64,000 nt of DNA. Source: Polyangiales bacterium. Its GTDB lineage: Bacteria; Myxococcota_A; Polyangia; Polyangiales; Houyiibacteriaceae. The number at the start of each line of letters is the position of its first letter. Position 1 is the first letter of the stretch. The stretch is from assembly GCA_049645265.1 (NCBI GenBank), contig JBARTN010000008.1:33036-97035 (forward strand), in the 5' to 3' direction. The notes beneath the pieces were generated by a model. The model made no database searches. It saw nothing but the letters and a program-made list of their open reading frames with translations, and was not told the origin of the DNA. Positions 59,591 to 64,000 of this stretch are shown piece after piece. A program made the translations under genes and the position numbers.

Positions 59591-60013
59591 CTAGCTGAAT
59601 CCGAGGAGCCCTAGTTGAACGACCCAGTAGGCCTCGATGCCCAGCTGGACGAGGAGAAGACCCGCGCGAAGAGACACGGCCATCTCACTCGTCGAAATCA
59701 GATGTACGGTCGACTGAGCCACCCGCGCTACCAGCACCCAACGCGCCAGCGAATCGGTGATGCCCGCATTGTCGGTGACCAGGGCGAGAAGAATCAACGC
59801 CGCAAAAATCGGCAGATTCTCGTAGCAGTTGGCGTGAGCGCGGCAGAGCCTGTTGGAGAACGGAGAGACGTCTTCGCCGCTGGGGAGAAAATCATTTGCG
59901 GCGCGCTCCTTTTTGAGCACGAGCACCGTGCGGTAGAGCAGGATCGTCGTCACCAACAAGATCGTCCAAGCGACATAGCCGACGAGCGCAAGTACAGAAG
60001 GGGACATCGTCAT
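59591..60013 (-). CDS. MAPEG-family membrane protein (glutathione-transferase-like)
   Basis: 140 aa with 4 TM helices. RAHANCYENLPIFAALILLAL is typical of the family. Confidence 0.72.
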   Translation of the reverse strand: MTMSPSVLALVGYVAWTILLVTTILLYRTVLVLKKERAANDFLPSGEDVSPFSNRLCRAHANCYENLPIFAALILLALVTDNAGITDSLARWVLVARVAQSTVHLISTSEMAVSLRAGLLLVQLGIEAYWVVQLGLLGFS

Positions 60014-60091
60014 TTTCCTAGTTCCTGTGAGCCGGGCGGACTATACCCAAAGCGCCGTGCGGCGAATAGGGTTTCCGGGGAGGCTGAGCTC

Positions 60092-61069
60092 ATGAAAACG
60101 CTGGTGCTGACACGATCCGATGTCGAACCGCTGGCATCGATGGAGCTGGCGGTCTCCGCGGTGGAAGGCGCGTTCGCTGCATTTGGGCGGGGCGAGGCAA
60201 CCATGCCCCCCAAAGTGTACTTGCCGATCGCAGATCACGACGGTGACTTCCGCGCGATGCCGTCGCGGCTCGGCGAGTCTGCCGGCATCAAGTGGGTGAA
60301 CGTGCATGCGCAGAATCGCAAGCGATATGGTCTGCCAACCGTGATGGCCGTCTACGTCCTCAACGACCCCGCGAACGCCTTTCCGCTCGCGATCATGGAC
60401 GGCACCTTGCTCACCTCGCTACGAACCGGTGCCGCAGGTGCGGTCGCATCAAAGCATCTCGCACAGCGCAGTCCAAAGACGATCGGTTTTGTTGGATGCG
60501 GAGCGCAAGCCTATACGCTGCATGGCACACATCAGGTCGTTTTCGACGGATTTGAGAGTCTCGCCTACGACCGCAACGAAGCGACCGCCGCCGCGTTTGC
60601 CGATCGCGTGGGCGCACGCGTAGTCTCCCTGGCAGAAGCGGCCGGTGCCGACATCCTGTGCACGGCCACGCCATCACGCACGCCTTTGGTGAAGCCAGAA
60701 TGGGTCCACCGCGGCGCGCACATCAATGCCATGGGCGCAGATGCCCCGGGCAAGCAGGAGCTCGCGACCGAGTTGCTCCAGAGCTCGGCCGTCTACATCG
60801 ACGACATCCATCAGGCGACGGGAAGCGGCGAGATCAACGTCCCACTCGCGGCCGGCGACATCGAGGTCGAACAACTGGCCGGCACGCTCGGCGAAGTGGT
60901 TGCGCGCCTCTTGCCCAAGCCGGACGTTTCCACGACGACGATCTTCGACTCCACGGGCCTCGCCATCCAAGACGTTTCGCTAGCGCGGGCGATCTATGAC
61001 GCAGCCCAGACTCAATCGATCGGCCACGAGATCGACCTCCTCGGCCTCGACGCGCAATCCAGCGATTAG
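60092..61069 (+). CDS. ornithine cyclodeaminase/mu-crystallin family protein
   Basis: SMELAVSAVEGAFAAFGRGEATMPPK, LTSLRTGAAGAVASKHLA and Rossmann motif IGFVGCGAQA. Start set at ATG 60092. Confidence 0.85.
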   Translation: MKTLVLTRSDVEPLASMELAVSAVEGAFAAFGRGEATMPPKVYLPIADHDGDFRAMPSRLGESAGIKWVNVHAQNRKRYGLPTVMAVYVLNDPANAFPLAIMDGTLLTSLRTGAAGAVASKHLAQRSPKTIGFVGCGAQAYTLHGTHQVVFDGFESLAYDRNEATAAAFADRVGARVVSLAEAAGADILCTATPSRTPLVKPEWVHRGAHINAMGADAPGKQELATELLQSSAVYIDDIHQATGSGEINVPLAAGDIEVEQLAGTLGEVVARLLPKPDVSTTTIFDSTGLAIQDVSLARAIYDAAQTQSIGHEIDLLGLDAQSSD

Positions 61070-61161
61070 CTCGGGAGGGGTTGCTGGGCGAATTCAAACC
61101 GAAAAATGTGGGTTTCCTGACGGCCGGCAGTAGGCTCCCGCAGGTGCTGCAACTTGCCCGG

Positions 61162-62145
61162 ATGATCGTCTTCGTAGCGCTCCTTTGGCCGTCGCTGGGA
61201 GCTGCAGAGGACGACGGCGCTGCCTTCCTCGGACACCCCGATACCAAGCGAATTCAGGCTCTACGGGCCGCTGAGATTTCCGAAGTGAAGAAAGGCAAAG
61301 GCGGTCGCAGCCTGGCGTTCAAGATCACGCTGACCGACGGCACACGCGGCTACTTCAAACCCAAACAAGCCTTCTCGGCTGCACACTGGTACTCCGAGAT
61401 CGCCGCCTACTACCTGGATCGCGAGCTCGGCATGGGCCGTGTGGCTCCTACGACCGGTCGCAGGTTTCGCTGGAGCGAGCTCCAAGCCGCTGCGGGGACG
61501 GACTCGAGGGTGAGCGAGCTCGGCATTGAAGAGGACGGTACGGTGAAGGGCGCCTTCGTCTGGTGGATCCCCGAGCCTCTCGAACGAGTCCGCATGGGCC
61601 GCAACTGGGAACGTTGGGTACGAGTCCAGAAGTCGCTTCCCATCTCTCCGTACCAACGACCCGTCGACTATCGCGCTGATCTGAATGGCCGCCCTGGGAT
61701 TCGGGAGGCGACGGACCCGAGTCGGCCGATGGCGCAGGCCCCCGACATCGAGGCGCGGCCTGCCGAGCTCTCCGATCTGATCATCTTCGACTACCTCACG
61801 CAAAACGTGGACCGCTGGGGTGGTGACTTCACCAATCTGAGATCTCGGGGAAAGGGCGGGCCTTTGATCTACCTGGACAACGGCGCCGGGTTCTGGCTAG
61901 GCGAGCAACGACTTGGCTTGATGGAGGCTCGCTTGAAGGCTCTCCAACGTTTCCGTCGGTCGACGATCGACGCGGTGCAAAACTTGGATATCGAGCGATT
62001 TGCCTCCAAATTGCGGGAAGATCCGCTCGCTCCCGTCCTGAATGAAAAGCAACTGGACGGCCTCGAACAGCGCCGTCGCGCGGTCCTCGAGCACGTGGAT
62101 GCCATGGTCGCGCGGTTCGGTGAGGCGCGCGTGTTCGCGTGGTAG
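61162..62145 (+). CDS. secreted FAM20/Four-jointed-like (atypical kinase fold) protein
   Basis: Signal peptide MIVFVALLWPSLGAAE. GYFKPKQ, SEIAAYYLDRELGMGRVAPTTGR, LIIFDYLTQNVDRWGGD and IYLDNGAGF parallel the conserved strings of animal FAM20 kinases as I recall them. Confidence 0.55.
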   Translation: MIVFVALLWPSLGAAEDDGAAFLGHPDTKRIQALRAAEISEVKKGKGGRSLAFKITLTDGTRGYFKPKQAFSAAHWYSEIAAYYLDRELGMGRVAPTTGRRFRWSELQAAAGTDSRVSELGIEEDGTVKGAFVWWIPEPLERVRMGRNWERWVRVQKSLPISPYQRPVDYRADLNGRPGIREATDPSRPMAQAPDIEARPAELSDLIIFDYLTQNVDRWGGDFTNLRSRGKGGPLIYLDNGAGFWLGEQRLGLMEARLKALQRFRRSTIDAVQNLDIERFASKLREDPLAPVLNEKQLDGLEQRRRAVLEHVDAMVARFGEARVFAW

Positions 62146-62154
62146 CTTTCGAGG

Positions 62155-63153
62155 GTGAATGAACGACTTCGGCTTCCGGCTGAGTGGGAGCCACATACCG
62201 CCTGCTGGCTCGCGTTTCCGTATCTGCAGGAGGAGTGGCCGTTCAATCTCGGCGCCGCACAATCGTCGATCTCGGCATTGTGCCGCGCCCTCGCAGAGGA
62301 TGGCAACGAGTCGGTACGGCTGCTCGTGAGAAACGAGGAAATCGAAGCGCGCGCGCGATCGTTGATCGGCGAGGTTCGCAATGTTCACTATGTGACCGCC
62401 GACTACGGCGACTGCTGGCTGCGCGACACCACGCCGCTCCTCGGCCACAGGGACGATGGCGAGCTCGGTGGCCTCTGCTTCGAGTTCAACGGATGGGGCG
62501 GCAAGTATGAAATGCCTTTGGATAGGCTCGTCAGCAACTGGCTGACCGATCGGCTGCAGGCCCGGCGCTTCGAATGCCCGGTCGTCCTCGAGGGAGGCGC
62601 CCTCGACACGAACGGCCAAGGGACGATTCTGACCACCGCTTCCTGCGCGCTAAACCCCAATCGAAATCCGGGATTGACGCGCGGTGCTTTCGAAAAAGCC
62701 TTGGGAGACCGGGTGTCGATGGAGCGGCTGATCTGGCTCGATCGGGGCTTGGAGCACGACCACACCGACGGTCACATCGACATGATCGCCCGATTCGTCG
62801 CGCTCGACACCGTCATCTGCATGAAGTCGAACCCGGGCGCGCCGAATGCCGGGGTGCTTCGTTCGATCGAGGAGAAGCTGCGCGCCGCCGGCGTAAAGGT
62901 GCTGGGGATCCCGGCACCGCCGGCCCTTCAGGCTCCCAACGGCGAGCCGCTCCCTGCCAGCTACTGCAACTTCTACATCGCCAACTCCGCCGTGATCGTT
63001 CCCACTTACGGCGTCTCCGAAGACGAGGCCGCGCTCGGAGAGATCGCAAATGCATTTCCAGGCCGAGAGGTGATCGGCCTGCCCGCTGCAGACCTGCTAT
63101 GGGGAGGCGGAGCATTTCACTGCGTCACCCAAGCACAGCCCAGCACGTCATGA
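62155..63153 (+). CDS. aguA: agmatine deiminase
   Basis: LRLPAEWEPHTACWLAFP, HTDGHIDMIARF and the catalytic Cys in GGGAFHCVTQAQP. GTG start. Confidence 0.9.
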   Translation: MNERLRLPAEWEPHTACWLAFPYLQEEWPFNLGAAQSSISALCRALAEDGNESVRLLVRNEEIEARARSLIGEVRNVHYVTADYGDCWLRDTTPLLGHRDDGELGGLCFEFNGWGGKYEMPLDRLVSNWLTDRLQARRFECPVVLEGGALDTNGQGTILTTASCALNPNRNPGLTRGAFEKALGDRVSMERLIWLDRGLEHDHTDGHIDMIARFVALDTVICMKSNPGAPNAGVLRSIEEKLRAAGVKVLGIPAPPALQAPNGEPLPASYCNFYIANSAVIVPTYGVSEDEAALGEIANAFPGREVIGLPAADLLWGGGAFHCVTQAQPSTS

Positions 63154-64000
63154 CCGCCTCTTCACTGTCGATCGGAATCGTCCAATGCGCACTCGGTGAC
63201 GGGCGGGAAGCCAACGTCGCGCGTGTCGAAGGCTTGATTCGCGAGGCCGCTGGGCGCGGCGCAAAGATCATCCTCACGCCAGAGCTCTTCGAAGGCCCTT
63301 ACTTTCCACAAACCGAGGACGAGCGTGCGTTCGACTTGGCAGCTCCTCTCGATTCGCATCCCACCGTGGGTCGCATGCAAGCCCTCGCTGACGAGCTTGG
63401 CGTGGTGCTTCCGATCTCCTTCTTCGAACGCGCAGGGCAGGCCTATTACAACAGCGTCGTGACGATCGACGCCGACGGACGGCAGCTTGGCTCATACCGG
63501 AAAAGCCACATTCCCGACGGTCCTGGCTACGAGGAGAAGTTTTATTTCCGGCCTGGAGACACCGGCTTTCGGGTTTGGAAGACGCGCCACGGAAACGTTG
63601 GAGTGGGCATCTGCTGGGATCAGTGGTTCCCGGAGGCCGCCCGCAGCATGGCCCTGCAAGGGGCCGAGGTTTTGCTCTATCCAACTGCGATCGGCAGCGA
63701 GCCCGAGGCGCCGGAGGAGGACAGCCAGGCGCCTTGGAGACGCGTGATGGTCGGACACGCGGTGGCCAACGCCATGCCCGTTGCAGCGGCCAACCGCATT
63801 GGCGCCGAAGCCGGGTTGGCCTTCTACGGAAGCTCGTTCGTCTGCGATCAGCGCGGTGACCTGCGCGCCGAGCTCGGGCGAGACGAAGAAGGCGTGGCCA
63901 CCGCTTCGTTCGATCGTGATGCGCTTTGCCGTTACCGCGCCAACTGGGGTTTCTTTCGGGATCGCCGTCCGGATCTCTACGGCAGGCTAACCGGAGACGA
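63150..64000 (+). CDS. aguB: N-carbamoylputrescine amidase (3' end outside the window)
   Basis: It is absent from the ORF track because no stop lies in the window. My own translation from ATG 63150 (ATGA overlap with aguA) gives MTASSLSIGIVQCAL.... It shows the nitrilase-superfamily triad contexts TPELFEG, YRKSHIP and GICWDQWFPE. Confidence 0.9.
   Translation, partial: MTASSLSIGIVQCALGDGREANVARVEGLIREAAGRGAKIILTPELFEGPYFPQTEDERAFDLAAPLDSHPTVGRMQALADELGVVLPISFFERAGQAYYNSVVTIDADGRQLGSYRKSHIPDGPGYEEKFYFRPGDTGFRVWKTRHGNVGVGICWDQWFPEAARSMALQGAEVLLYPTAIGSEPEAPEEDSQAPWRRVMVGHAVANAMPVAAANRIGAEAGLAFYGSSFVCDQRGDLRAELGRDEEGVATASFDRDALCRYRANWGFFRDRRPDLYGRLTGD

Overview
This is a gene-dense chromosomal segment with about 55 CDS on both strands and short intergenic gaps. 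G+C is high: my hand counts of single 60-nt lines give about 62-68% in most genes. I recognised no rRNA, tRNA, CRISPR array, transposase or integrase. The gene content suggests a Myxococcota/deltaproteobacterial genome (inference only): a sigma-54 enhancer-binding protein, a Hanks kinase with a PP2C phosphatase, branched-chain keto-acid dehydrogenase (BCKDH), mevalonate genes, imuA-imuB-dnaE2, and many ATGA/GTGA-coupled starts.

Gene blocks, left to right:
- NtrC-like regulator, a PlsC-like acyltransferase, an SDR epimerase, a Ser/Thr kinase, fabI, an ethanolamine-type permease, sixA, a GAF-GGDEF cyclase and ftsB.
- hrcA-grpE-dnaK, followed by two abutting gene fragments.
- murB, serS, a phosphoesterase and NatAB-like ABC genes.
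- mutY, BCKDH E2/E1b/E1a and lipA, all on the minus strand.
- A TetR gene, then five translationally coupled ion-flux genes: a CPA antiporter, trkA, trkH, a 1,504-aa antiporter fusion and an MscS channel.
- A lower mevalonate cluster: fni, polyprenyl synthase, mvk, mvaD and pmk.
- gshB/ggt, PP2C, a lytic transglycosylase, a Cys-rich lipoprotein, two orphan Dpp/Opp-type permeases and fpg.
- A TLC/MFS-HEAT transporter with a tandem cNMP-domain protein.
- A low-GC imuA-imuB-dnaE2 cassette.
- A MAPEG protein, an OCD-family enzyme, a FAM20-like secreted kinase homologue, and aguA-aguB (aguB runs off the window end).

Best candidates for something undescribed:
- The giant CPA2-helical-ORC/STAND-like NTPase-winged-helix fusion inside the Trk operon.
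- The bacterial FAM20-like kinase.
- The transporter-HEAT/degenerate-cNMP gene pair.
- The clean breakpoint joining a RegB-like kinase fragment to a half cytochrome c peroxidase.

All functional calls rest on motif recognition by eye. No database search or HMM was run.
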